From NCBI GenBank assembly GCA_002314195.1, contig DCCQ01000074.1, positions 4,933 to 68,932 of the forward strand: a stretch of 64,000 nucleotides of DNA. The letters run 5' to 3'. Shown here one piece after another: positions 19,128 through 28,957 of this stretch. The number at the start of each line of letters is the position of its first letter. Within the stretch, counting starts at the first letter, position 1. Source of the DNA: Bacteroidales bacterium UBA1077 (lineage in GTDB: Bacteria; Bacteroidota; Bacteroidia; Bacteroidales; UBA932). A program made the position numbers and the translations under genes. Below the pieces are notes generated by a model. It was not told the DNA's origin and made no database searches. It was given only the letters and a program-made list of their open reading frames with translations.

Positions 19128-19143
19128 CAGTATTCTTTCTGAT

Positions 19144-20058
19144 ATGAGAAAAACAGTTATAATAATATTGTCTCTGATACTCTGTTTCTGCGCATGCGCC
19201 AAGGACGATGGCGAGGACCGTCGGGAATCCTCGTCTGAAAAGGCTCCTGCTCTTACAGGAAATTGTGTGCGTATATGTTCGTACAACATGCTCTTCGAGA
19301 AGACAACTCCGGTAGAGGCAAGCCAGAGATGGGTCAACAGGGAGAAGGTTGTCACCGGTATTATGAATGACTACAATATTGACATTGTCGGTAGCCAGGA
19401 GGCTCTTACCTGGCAGGTGAACTCAATCCTCAAGCACGGAAAATACGGAAAGATAGGAGTTGACATAGCCGGCAAGACAAACGCTTTGAAGAATGAGAAT
19501 GACGCTATCTTCTACCTGAAGTCCCGCTTTGAGGTCGTAAAGGATGGACAGTTCTGGTATTCGCTCACTCCGGACAAACCTAATACATGGGCATGGGATG
19601 CTACATATTCACGTGCCTGCACCTGGGGACTTTTCAAGGAAATCTCAACCGGTGCGGGATTCTACGTGTTCAACACTCATGTCCATCATCCTAACGACAA
19701 CCCTGTCGCTCATATGGAAGAAGTGAAGATGCTGGTCCGCATGTCGGAAGAGATTAATTCTGAAGGTCTGCCGATGTTCTATACCGGCGATTTTAATTCC
19801 ACCCCAGACCGTTCCGGAATCCTTTACATCGAGAGTAATGGGATGTCTGACTCCAGATCTGTGGCGACAGAGGTTTTCGGCCGGAGCAATACCTACCATG
19901 GTTTCAACACCGACCGGAATTATGGCTGGCGTTTGGATTATATATTTGTCAACAGCAGGGTAAAGGTTGATGTCTATCGATGTGAGGACTCGGAACTTAT
20001 GACGCGCAAATGGGGGTCGGATCATCATCCGGTAATGATTGACGCGGAGATCAACTGA
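19144..20058 (+). CDS. endonuclease/exonuclease/phosphatase family lipoprotein
   Basis: SYN, SQE, NTH, GDFN, LDYIF, SDHHPV EEP motifs. Confidence 0.93.
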   Translation: MRKTVIIILSLILCFCACAKDDGEDRRESSSEKAPALTGNCVRICSYNMLFEKTTPVEASQRWVNREKVVTGIMNDYNIDIVGSQEALTWQVNSILKHGKYGKIGVDIAGKTNALKNENDAIFYLKSRFEVVKDGQFWYSLTPDKPNTWAWDATYSRACTWGLFKEISTGAGFYVFNTHVHHPNDNPVAHMEEVKMLVRMSEEINSEGLPMFYTGDFNSTPDRSGILYIESNGMSDSRSVATEVFGRSNTYHGFNTDRNYGWRLDYIFVNSRVKVDVYRCEDSELMTRKWGSDHHPVMIDAEIN

Positions 20059-21124
20059 TTGGCTTGTACACATTGGCTGGGAAATTCTTGATCAAGTCCA
20101 AAAGTATGTGTTCAGGCGTATAAGAACAGAGGCTTCCTGTTATTTGTCTTGGATGATTCTTGGGGCAAGTTCAAAAGCATGAGCAAAAAAGAATCCACCT
20201 GATTGTTGACTGGCTTATGTTGTTTCTTGCCCGCATCAAAGTCGGCACGGACGGCCAAAGAGGTTGCCTGTCGATGGCTTGCCGCCAGTTGACTCAATAA
20301 GTTCCATGGCGTAGAGCAGGTGCTTCAGGCTCTTTGCCGAGTAGTCTCAATAGTTTGTCCGGAGAAAACCTTGCTGGCCGGACAAAGCGCATGATCTCTG
20401 CATTTTGTCCGGCCAGAGCACGATCCGCCTGACGAACGGCGCTCAGGAAACGTATCATGGTGTAAATTATACAAAAGGCTTTCAGCAACATGGCGCATCT
20501 GCGTCAGTGGAAGCCGACATTGGCTGAAAAACTTAAAAGTGAATGCACAAGATATTCACGAGGAAGTGCCATCCAAGGGCTTCTGCACGGACATGAGATG
20601 ATGGCGTTTCGTAGATCCGCACAGACTCGTCAGCGCGGTGCGGCTGTGATAAGGCATCGCCTCTACTTGTGTCCTGATATGAGACCGCAAGGCCTCTGGA
20701 TTCGGGTTGGCATTCCGGTGACGGATGGAAGGGACAACATCCTTTGACTGGATTGTCGTGCACAGCCGGCATGAGGAGGGTTTAGACAACACCTTATGGC
20801 GAGAATGTCATTCAATCTCTAAAGTGTCATCCTGTCAGACTGCCTTTGAGCGCAGGTCACCGCTGTGGCTCGGTGTCCCGCCACAAGCAGGAACGAAGTA
20901 CTGGCGTGCTTTATAAATGGTTAATAATAAGTGTTTTAGCTGCTTATTTTTAGCGAATTCGAACCAAAGACGAAGTGTAAACCTATATTGATGAAAATGT
21001 TACGTGCCACTCGCTGACTTAGAATGGGTTGAGGATAACATCCTGTTAATTAGGTAGTAAAGGGCCCCCATCCAGAGCCCTTACGAACCGGGCTGTCTTC
21101 CGTTGAGTTCGCCTCGTCGGCTAT

Positions 21125-21203
21125 CGTTGCCTGGAGGCCAGGGCGACCAGGCACCATGACAGGGTGAGCGATGCATGTAGGTCGCCCCGGCCTCCAGGCA
21201 ACG
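21125..21203. repeat. 24-bp inverted repeat (23/24 match) with 31-nt spacer
   Basis: CGTTGCCTGGAGGCCAGGGCGACC ... GGTCGCCCCGGCCTCCAGGCAACG. Confidence 0.95.
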
Positions 21204-21325
21204 GCGTCCCCAGACCGAAAAGCGCATGCGGGAGGCAACAACAGCACCATGTGCCTAAGGGAATATTTCAGAGCGCGAATCAAAGGACATACTTTTTCTT
21301 CTATTCAGACACAGGGCTTAGCATG

Positions 21326-21335
21326 TGACCCGAAA
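21326..21335 (+). repeat. right copy of 10-bp direct repeat TGACCCGAAA
   Basis: Identical to 10646-10655. Confidence 0.6.
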
Positions 21336-21423
21336 TTCTTCCGTTTCCGGGAAACTCTATGGGGTATTCGGAAAAAATGTATAACTTTACATTTAGAATA
21401 AGAATGCGGCCAACCTGTCAATA

Positions 21424-22683
21424 ATGAATGATATCACTAAACGTAACCCTTGGATGTGGATTCCGACACTCTATTTTGTGGAAGGACTTCCATATTTCAT
21501 AGTCAACACAATCGCTCTCGCCATATTCAAGGATCTTGGTGTCGACAACGGTACATTGGGGCTTGTGACGACGGTTATCAGCCTCCCGTGGCTGATAAAA
21601 CCTTTTTGGAGCCCGTTTGTGGACATATTCCGCAGCAAGCGTTGGTGGATTCTCTCGATGCAGGTTCTGATGGCGGTGTCCGTGCTTGCGGTCTCGCTTC
21701 TTCTTCCGGCGTCTTCATTCACTTTTGTCCTTGTCATGTTCATGGTGGTGGCATTCGCCAGCGCGACGCATGACATAGCGGCTGACGGTTTCTACATGTT
21801 GGCTCTTGACGAGAGGAGACAGTCGGCTTTCGTGGGAGTCAGAAGCACTTTCTACAGAATCGCCTCTGTTTTTGGACAAGGAGTGCTTGTCGTCATGGCC
21901 GGTGTGTTTCAGAGGAGGATGGGAGATATCCCGAAGGCATGGAGCCTGGTGCTTCTTGTTTCCGCCGTGATCCTTGCGGCGACGGCTCTCTATCATTTCT
22001 TCTCGATACCCCGCCCGGCAGAGGATGTGGATTGCCGCGATAGGAAAAGCGCCGCCACGATATTCAAGGAATTCGGTTCGTCTTTCGTCACGTTTTTCAG
22101 CAAGAAAGGGGTGTGGGTGGCAATCCTTTTCATGCTTCTTTACCGCCTTCCGGAAGCCTTGTCTGTCAATATGCTATACCCTTTCTTCAAGGATGCCACG
22201 TCTGATGGCGGGCTTGGACTCTCGACTGATGCTTATGGACTGGTTTATGGCACGTTCGGAGTTGTCGCCCTTTTGGCAGGAGGAATTATCGGAGGTGTTT
22301 TCGCGTCGCGAGTCGGCTTGAAAAAGGCTTTGTGGCCGATGGCATTGAGCCTGGCCCTGCCGTGCGCCGTATATCTTTATATGGCCATCGTCCAACCATC
22401 CAGTCTCTGGACGGTAGGAGGTTGCATCGTGTTTGACCAATTCGGCTATGGTTTCGGATTCACGGCATACATGCTTTACATGATGCAGTTCGCCGACGGT
22501 CCGCTCAAAACTTCCCACTATGCAATATGTACGGCGTTCATGTGGCTTTCCATGAAATTGCCGGGGTTGGTCTCGGGTTACCTTCAGCAGTCACTTGGTT
22601 ATGTCGGATTCTTTACACTTGTTATGATATGTTGCATTCCAGCTTTCTTAGGCGTCTATGTTGCGCGCAGGCGTTTGTCCTGA
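21424..22683 (+). CDS. ampG: AmpG-like MFS muropeptide transporter
   Basis: LYFVEGLP, PWLIKPFWSPFVD, SATHDIAADG motifs; about 12 TM segments. Confidence 0.85.
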   Translation: MNDITKRNPWMWIPTLYFVEGLPYFIVNTIALAIFKDLGVDNGTLGLVTTVISLPWLIKPFWSPFVDIFRSKRWWILSMQVLMAVSVLAVSLLLPASSFTFVLVMFMVVAFASATHDIAADGFYMLALDERRQSAFVGVRSTFYRIASVFGQGVLVVMAGVFQRRMGDIPKAWSLVLLVSAVILAATALYHFFSIPRPAEDVDCRDRKSAATIFKEFGSSFVTFFSKKGVWVAILFMLLYRLPEALSVNMLYPFFKDATSDGGLGLSTDAYGLVYGTFGVVALLAGGIIGGVFASRVGLKKALWPMALSLALPCAVYLYMAIVQPSSLWTVGGCIVFDQFGYGFGFTAYMLYMMQFADGPLKTSHYAICTAFMWLSMKLPGLVSGYLQQSLGYVGFFTLVMICCIPAFLGVYVARRRLS

Positions 22684-23894
22684 TATCTATCTTATCCATC
22701 GCTCAGGTACGCCTTGGAATTGAAGTCCTGGAAGGCCGTGGCTTTGAGGGACTTGTCGGCAGGAATGTCGGCCTTGTCACCAATCCGAGCGGTATTGATC
22801 ACAACCTTCGTTCCACAATAGACATTCTTCACGAGGCTCCGGGAGTCAACCTGAAGACATTGTTCGCTCCTGAGCACGGAGTCCGCGGAGATGCTTACGC
22901 CGGCTCTTATGTCACTGACACCAAAGATCCTAAGACCGGACTTACGGTGTATTCGATTTATGGCCCGAACCGCAAGCCGAGCAAGAAGATGCTGGAGGGT
23001 CTTGACATCGTGGTCTATGACATCCAGGACATCGGCAGCCGCTCCTACACTTTCATCAGCACCCTAGGTTTGGTGATGCGCGCCTGCGCCGAGAACGACA
23101 TTGAAGTGATGGTTCTCGACAGACCCAACCCGTTGGGCGGCAACAAGATCGAGGGTTGTCTTGTGGAGCCGGGCTTCCACTCTTTCGTCAGCGAATTCAA
23201 AATCCCTTACATCTACGGTCTCACGGTCGGCGAGCTTGCCATCCTGCTGAACGAGGAAGGGCTGAACTGTGGCGAGAAAGGCAACGAGGCTCCGCTGAAA
23301 TGCAGACTTTCCGTCATCCCGATGGAAGGTTGGACAAGGAATATGCTCTATCAGGACACGAACCTTCCTTGGGTGCTCCCGTCCCCGAATATTCCTTACC
23401 CTCAGTCCGCTGTGAACTATCCGTCCTCCGGCATAGCCGGCGAGTTTCAAGGCTACCTGAGCATCGGCATCGGCTACACGCTTCCGTTCGAGGTGTTCGC
23501 GGCCGAGTGGATTGACGCTGACGCGCTGAAGGCCAGACTGGACAGCTACAACCTTCCGGGCATCGCTTTCAGGACGATCCATTTCAAACCGTTCTCCGGA
23601 AGCCTTCAAGGGAAACTCATCCATGGGGTCCAGTTCCATTACACTGACTATGAGGCCGCTTGCTGCACGCTGACCCAGTTCTATGTGATGCAGGCTGTGA
23701 ACGAGCTCTATCCAGAAAAGAATCCGTTCGCCCTTTCGAAGGGGCGCAACAATATGTTCGACAAGGTATGTGGTACGGATTATGTAAGAACCGCTTTCGG
23801 CAAGCGTCTGAAGGCCCGGGACATAGCTGACTATTGGTCGAAGGATGTCGAGGCGTTCAGGAAGCTTGCCAAAAAGTATTGGCTATATTATTAA
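22629..23894 (+). CDS. namZ: DUF1343 exo-beta-N-acetylmuramidase (NamZ family)
   Basis: VGLVTNPSG, FAPEHG, YDIQDIGSRSYTF, LDRPNP, SPNIP motifs; start uncertain (ATG 22629 chosen). Confidence 0.88.
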   Translation: MLHSSFLRRLCCAQAFVLISILSIAQVRLGIEVLEGRGFEGLVGRNVGLVTNPSGIDHNLRSTIDILHEAPGVNLKTLFAPEHGVRGDAYAGSYVTDTKDPKTGLTVYSIYGPNRKPSKKMLEGLDIVVYDIQDIGSRSYTFISTLGLVMRACAENDIEVMVLDRPNPLGGNKIEGCLVEPGFHSFVSEFKIPYIYGLTVGELAILLNEEGLNCGEKGNEAPLKCRLSVIPMEGWTRNMLYQDTNLPWVLPSPNIPYPQSAVNYPSSGIAGEFQGYLSIGIGYTLPFEVFAAEWIDADALKARLDSYNLPGIAFRTIHFKPFSGSLQGKLIHGVQFHYTDYEAACCTLTQFYVMQAVNELYPEKNPFALSKGRNNMFDKVCGTDYVRTAFGKRLKARDIADYWSKDVEAFRKLAKKYWLYY

Positions 23895-23915
23895 ACCACT
23901 TGACACCGAATCATC

Positions 23916-25418
23916 ATGAAGAACATTCTGAACATCGCACTTGCGTCAGCCGTAGCGCTGGCCATGCTTGCATCACCGGTTGATTCATATTCACAGGAAA
24001 GACGCTCCTCCGGATCGAGGGGCAACACCACTTCCTCGCAGACCAGATCTTCCTCCAGAAGTTCTTCTTCCACAAGGAGTTCCGGATCTTCTTCCACAAG
24101 AAGTTCGGCCTCTTCCGTGTCCGGAGGTTCCCAGGACAACAACAGGAGAAGCTCCAGATCTTCGGTGAGGAGCTCGTCTTCAGACAGATCTTCTTCCCGT
24201 GGCAATGACAGCGGAAGCTATCAGGATAACGGCCGCCGGAACAATTCCGCTGTGTCAAGAAGTTCGCGGGACAACAGTCGCAGGAGTGGCTCCAGTGTAT
24301 CAAGGGGCTCTCAGGACAATAGTCGCCGGAGCGATGGTTCTGCTTCTGTAAGGAGTTCATCTTCGGACAGATCCTCATCGTCAGTCAGACGCTCGTCATC
24401 CTCGTCACGTTCTTCGTCTGTAAGGGAGTCGTCTTCATCTACGAGAAGTTCCAACGGCAGGGTGGCAAGGCGGATAGGTTCGTCTTCGACCAGAAGCACA
24501 TCTGCGCGCGCTTCGGTGTCTGACACCAGAAGGGAACAGTCACAAAGGGTCGGCAACGCTACCAGAGGCGGCCTGACTTCTTACGACCGCAACGCACAAG
24601 GCGGAAGGGATGTCATGAGGGAGAGCCGCAGTGATTTCATGAGGATAGGCGAGGACAGGAATGTACACAGGATCCCGCCGCGCGAACGTGATTTCATGCC
24701 ATACGACCGTCCGAGGCATTTCTGGACGCACGACCACCATTGCTACGGCTACAGGGTTCACGACCTGCCTCCTCGTTACAGGAGGATGACCTACTGGGGA
24801 GTCGAGTACTGCATCTACGACGGCATCTATTACAGACCTTACGGTGATATATTCGTTGTGTGCCGCCCTCCTTTCGGTGTCTGCATCGACCGCGCCGTCT
24901 CCGACCTGGTGTTCGCGTCCGTGCGCTTCGCCTACTACAACAACACTTACCGGATGTACCGGGCCATTGACTCCAACAACCGGATCATCGAGGAGCAGAA
25001 CAGGATAATCGCCCAGAACAACGCCACCATCGCGGCGCAGAACAATACCTTTGCTTTGAACTCTACCAGGGCGAACAACGCTTATTCCCTTGCTGACAGG
25101 CTGGGGCTCGTCCAGAGTTACGCCTACGCCAACCAGCCGTACTACTATCAGGACGGGGTCTTCTACATCGTCAACTCCAACGGTCAGTACGAGGTCATCG
25201 TTCCACCTTCAGGAGCACTTGTCGAGGATCTTCCGGATGACTACGACACGATTACCTTGGACGGAATGGATTTCTATAAGGTTGATGACACGGTCTATCG
25301 TCTGACTCTCGTTGAGGGCAAGCCTTACCTTGAGGTTCTGGGACAGATGTACGGCAAACTGGCCAACCAATACAATTATTACTCAAACAGAACTGCTTCC
25401 TACAACAGTCTCTATTAA
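23916..25418 (+). CDS. secreted protein with long Ser/Arg-rich low-complexity N-terminus and Tyr-rich C-terminal repeats (DUF6515-like)
   Basis: Signal peptide, about 170 aa of S/R-rich sequence, then YY.DG.YY / VV.PP.G repeats. Confidence 0.7.
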   Translation: MKNILNIALASAVALAMLASPVDSYSQERRSSGSRGNTTSSQTRSSSRSSSSTRSSGSSSTRSSASSVSGGSQDNNRRSSRSSVRSSSSDRSSSRGNDSGSYQDNGRRNNSAVSRSSRDNSRRSGSSVSRGSQDNSRRSDGSASVRSSSSDRSSSSVRRSSSSSRSSSVRESSSSTRSSNGRVARRIGSSSTRSTSARASVSDTRREQSQRVGNATRGGLTSYDRNAQGGRDVMRESRSDFMRIGEDRNVHRIPPRERDFMPYDRPRHFWTHDHHCYGYRVHDLPPRYRRMTYWGVEYCIYDGIYYRPYGDIFVVCRPPFGVCIDRAVSDLVFASVRFAYYNNTYRMYRAIDSNNRIIEEQNRIIAQNNATIAAQNNTFALNSTRANNAYSLADRLGLVQSYAYANQPYYYQDGVFYIVNSNGQYEVIVPPSGALVEDLPDDYDTITLDGMDFYKVDDTVYRLTLVEGKPYLEVLGQMYGKLANQYNYYSNRTASYNSLY

Positions 25419-25432
25419 CAAATCGGACATTA

Positions 25433-26848
25433 ATGGACAAACTCAGGAACTTATTTGAAAGTTATACAGGTCAGAAAGTCAGTGACACGGAGGAACTGAA
25501 CTCCTCCGGAAGCAACAGGAGGTATTTCCGTCTCAAGGGCGGGAATATCTCCATTATAGGTGTCATAGGGACAAGCCTTGAGGAGAACAATGCTTTCGTC
25601 AGCCTCAGCTCACATTTCCTCAGCAAAGGCATCAAGGTGCCGAAGGTTCTGGCGGTCAGCGAGGATGGAATGAGATATATTCAGGAAGACCTTGGTGATG
25701 ACCAACTCTACAAAGTGGTCACTCAGGGGCGGGAAAGCGGTGAATACAGTTCCTACGAGTGCCGTCTTCTGTGCCGCGCGATGGAGATGCTTCCTAAACT
25801 TCAGTTCAAAGGTGCGGAGGGGCTGGATTGGTCGGTCTGCTATCCAGAACCTGCCTTCAACGAAAGGATGATTCTTTTTGATCTGAACTATTTCAAATAT
25901 TGTTTTCTGAAGGCTACCGGTCTGGAATTCAACGAGGTTAAACTTCAGGATGACTTTGAGAAGTTGAAGACGGATCTGATGCAGGACATGGGCGACACGT
26001 TCATGTACAGGGATTTTCAGGCCAGGAATGTGATGATGAAAGACGGAGAGCCTTACTTCATTGATTTCCAAGGAGGAAGAAGAGGCCCGATCTATTACGA
26101 TGTCGCGTCGTTCATTTGGCAGGCCCGCTCACGTTATCCTGAGAACCTTCGCAAGGAAATGGTCCAGACATATTTACGAGCCTTGAAAGGCTACACAGAG
26201 GTTAATGAGGAGCATTTCAACGAGAGACTAAGGCTGTTTGTCCTGTTCCGTACCCTTCAGGTTCTTGGCGCCTATGGTTTCAGGGGATATTTCGAGAAGA
26301 AACCGCATTTCCTTGCCAGTGTCCCGTATGCTCTGAGCAACCTGCGCCGTCTTCTGCAGAAACCGTTCGAGGACTATCCTTACCTGAACGAAATCCTGAC
26401 CAAATTGACGACAATGTCGCAGTTCAACAATATTGCTGAAGACAAACGTCTGGAAGTGAGGGTGTTCAGTTTCGCCTATAAGAAGGGCATACCTGTTGAC
26501 ACCACCGGCAACGGCGGAGGTTATGTCTTCGATTGCCGCGCGATCAACAATCCTGGCAAGTACGAGCATTACCGCCAGTTCACCGGTCTGGACAAGGAGG
26601 TCGTCAAGTTCCTTGAGGACGATGGAGGGGTGACAATGTTCCTGAACAATGTCTATGACCTTGTCGATAATCATGTCAAGTGTTTCATCGAGAGGAAGTT
26701 CACTCACTTGCAGGTTTGTTTCGGGTGCACAGGCGGACAGCACCGTTCGGTCTATTGCGCAGAGCATCTGGCGCAGCATCTGGCCGACAGGTTCGACATC
26801 AAGATAACGGTTTCACACAGAGAGTTGGACATAGAGAAGATTTTGTAG
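25433..26848 (+). CDS. aminoglycoside-phosphotransferase-like sugar kinase (AmgK-like) fused to a RapZ C-terminal domain
   Basis: GSNRRYFR, YRDFQARN, IDFQ kinase motifs; SFAYKKGIP...FDCR...NP and GCTGGQHRSV RapZ-C motifs. Confidence 0.87.
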   Translation: MDKLRNLFESYTGQKVSDTEELNSSGSNRRYFRLKGGNISIIGVIGTSLEENNAFVSLSSHFLSKGIKVPKVLAVSEDGMRYIQEDLGDDQLYKVVTQGRESGEYSSYECRLLCRAMEMLPKLQFKGAEGLDWSVCYPEPAFNERMILFDLNYFKYCFLKATGLEFNEVKLQDDFEKLKTDLMQDMGDTFMYRDFQARNVMMKDGEPYFIDFQGGRRGPIYYDVASFIWQARSRYPENLRKEMVQTYLRALKGYTEVNEEHFNERLRLFVLFRTLQVLGAYGFRGYFEKKPHFLASVPYALSNLRRLLQKPFEDYPYLNEILTKLTTMSQFNNIAEDKRLEVRVFSFAYKKGIPVDTTGNGGGYVFDCRAINNPGKYEHYRQFTGLDKEVVKFLEDDGGVTMFLNNVYDLVDNHVKCFIERKFTHLQVCFGCTGGQHRSVYCAEHLAQHLADRFDIKITVSHRELDIEKIL

Positions 26849-27598
26849 ATGAAGGCGATGATTTTCGCGGCGGGGCTTGGCACGAGGCTCAGACCGATCA
26901 CAGACACGTTGCCCAAGGCTTTGGTTCCGATTGACGGGAAACCACTGCTGTACCGTGTCGTGTCCAAACTGAAGGCCGCGGGAATCTCGGATTTTGTCAT
27001 AAATGTCCATCATTTTCCTGATTCCATCATAGGCTACACTCATGAGCAGAATGATTTCGGTGTGAATGTCAGATTCTCGGACGAGAGGGATTTTCTGCGC
27101 GAGACAGGTGGCGGAATCAGATTCGCGCGCCCGCTGCTGGAAGGAAGTCCGTTCCTGGTCCACAATGTGGACATCCTTTCTGATTTGGATGTGAACTGGT
27201 TCATCTCACAGGCAAGGCCGGACGCTCTCTCGAACATTCTTGTCAGCGACCGCAAGACACAGAGATATTTCCTCTTTGATGATGAGATGAGGCTTGTCGG
27301 TTGGACTAACATAGCGACAGGCGAGGTGAGGAGCCCCTACGGAGACATCGATCCTTCGAGATTTCGGAAATATGCCTTCGCGGGCATCCACTTCATCTCC
27401 GATGGCATATTCAAAGTCTTTGAAGAGGATGGCTGGGGCGACCGCTTCTCGATCACTGATTTCTATATTCAGGAGTGCGCCAGGCATCCGATCTATGGAG
27501 TGGCTCCTTCTGAACTGCGCATTATCGATGTCGGCAAGTTCGATACCTTGGCCGAGGCGGATGATTTTGTAAGAAACACACTTAAAACAACTGATTAA
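26849..27598 (+). CDS. nucleotidyltransferase (MurU-like MurNAc-1-P uridylyltransferase)
   Basis: [18 protein letters not shown]...PKAL, ETGGG; immediately downstream of the AmgK-like gene. Confidence 0.85.
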   Translation: MKAMIFAAGLGTRLRPITDTLPKALVPIDGKPLLYRVVSKLKAAGISDFVINVHHFPDSIIGYTHEQNDFGVNVRFSDERDFLRETGGGIRFARPLLEGSPFLVHNVDILSDLDVNWFISQARPDALSNILVSDRKTQRYFLFDDEMRLVGWTNIATGEVRSPYGDIDPSRFRKYAFAGIHFISDGIFKVFEEDGWGDRFSITDFYIQECARHPIYGVAPSELRIIDVGKFDTLAEADDFVRNTLKTTD

Positions 27599-27599
27599 T

Positions 27600-28037
27600 A
27601 TGGCAAAGAGTAAATTTTGGTCCGAATTCAAGGACTTTGCGATGAAAGGCAATGTGATCGATCTGGCTGTCGGTGTTGTTGTCGGCGGCGCTTTCGGCAA
27701 GATTGTCACCTCATTGGTCAACGACATCATCATGCCGTGCGTCGGTGTGCTCATCGGCGGCTTTGATTTCACAAATCTTAAAATCGTCCTGCACAAGGCT
27801 GTGATGGACGGCGCGGAGGTGGTGAAGCCGGCCGTGACCCTCAACTATGGCAATTTTATTCAGGAGACTGTCAACTTCCTGATCATCGCATTCAGTATAT
27901 TCCTTGCCATCAAGGGATTGGCCAAGTTGCAGAGAAAGAAGGAAGAGTCTCCTGCCGCTCCCGCAGCACCGGCTCCTAAGCCTGATGACGTGGTTCTTCT
28001 TGAGGAGATTCGTGATCTTCTGAAGAACCGGAAATAA
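27600..28037 (+). CDS. mscL: large-conductance mechanosensitive channel
   Basis: [37 protein letters not shown]. Confidence 0.97.
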   Translation: MAKSKFWSEFKDFAMKGNVIDLAVGVVVGGAFGKIVTSLVNDIIMPCVGVLIGGFDFTNLKIVLHKAVMDGAEVVKPAVTLNYGNFIQETVNFLIIAFSIFLAIKGLAKLQRKKEESPAAPAAPAPKPDDVVLLEEIRDLLKNRK

Positions 28038-28941
28038 CACGTTCCTTGTAAGCCATCGGGGAGCATCCTACCGCTTCCTTGAAATATTTTCCGAAGAAAG
28101 ACTGGTTCGCGAAATGCAAGGTCTCGCTGATTTCCTGGACGGTGTAGTTGCCGCTCTTGAGCATTGTCTTGGCGTCCTTGATGACAAAGTCGCGGATCCA
28201 GTCTTTTGCGTGTTTCCCTGACTCCTTGTAGATCATCTGCGCGAAGTACTTAGGGGAAATGAACAGCCTCTTGGCATAGAATTTTACGCTGCGCTCGAAA
28301 GTGTAGTTCTGGCCGAGTTCGGTAAGAAAGCGCCGCAGAATTTCATTGCTTCTCCACTTTGTAACAGTGCGGTCTACAACTTTCTCGTCCTGTATCGCAA
28401 GACGTTCTGAAAGATAACTTGCCAGCATTATATATGCCCCTTGGAGGGCCTCGGCTTTGAACATGTCGCTATCGAACAGGATGATGTTCTTGACTGTCGA
28501 GAAGAAAGACAACATCCGCTGACCTTCGGAATAGGTAAGATGAAGAATTTTCGGATCATAAAGCGCGTCCCTTAGATACCTTGCGCTGCTGAAAGTGAAA
28601 TTCATCAGGCTGCTGTCCGGAAGAATGGCGACGGAAATCGCTTTGAAATCATCCGTGACTGACATACTTTCCACTATGTTGCCGAGACTGATCATTATCA
28701 CATCGTTTGCCCTGACTGTGTAGTCTTTGCCGGAAATTCTTGCGTGGCCTTCTCCGTCCGCACACATGAATATCACAGTGAACCGGATTTTGGCAGGAAG
28801 GTCAGGAAATGAGTTGAATATTGTCCCCCATTGATAGTCAATGCTGTCGTTAAGGAAAAGTTGGCTGTCATAGACTGTCAGACCCGGAAAACCGTTGAGC
28901 AGTTCGATGTCGAAGTTGGTTATTTCCCTGAATTTGTCCAT
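27976..28941 (-). CDS. AraC family transcriptional regulator
   Basis: [15 protein letters not shown] and [12 protein letters not shown]...G.SP HTH motifs. Confidence 0.92.
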   Translation of the reverse strand: MDKFREITNFDIELLNGFPGLTVYDSQLFLNDSIDYQWGTIFNSFPDLPAKIRFTVIFMCADGEGHARISGKDYTVRANDVIMISLGNIVESMSVTDDFKAISVAILPDSSLMNFTFSSARYLRDALYDPKILHLTYSEGQRMLSFFSTVKNIILFDSDMFKAEALQGAYIMLASYLSERLAIQDEKVVDRTVTKWRSNEILRRFLTELGQNYTFERSVKFYAKRLFISPKYFAQMIYKESGKHAKDWIRDFVIKDAKTMLKSGNYTVQEISETLHFANQSFFGKYFKEAVGCSPMAYKERVISGSSEDHESPQEEPRHQA

Positions 28942-28957
28942 TTCGTGTGGGTAATGT

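Larger units (their letters stand above)
20981..21364 (+). mobile_element. putative non-autonomous IS110/IS1111-type element (ends plus structured non-coding RNA, no transposase)
   Basis: Begins ACCTATAT, ends CTATGGGG; closing stem GAGCCCT(21075)/AGGGCTT(21313); 24-bp internal hairpin; layout resembles my recollection of Bacteroidetes IS110 non-coding ends (not database-verified). Confidence 0.45.

Noticed and set aside
21060..21330. Group II intron or CRISPR interpretation of the structured segment
   Set aside because: No domain V consensus, no reverse transcriptase, no repeat-spacer periodicity
21050..21401. Short ORFs 21050-21283(-) and 21171-21401(+)
   Set aside because: Both read through the inverted repeat (shared GRPGLQAT peptide) and show no family motifs
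23995..24510. Possible repeat array in the SR-rich gene
   Set aside because: Degenerate coding repeats with no constant repeat or unique spacers
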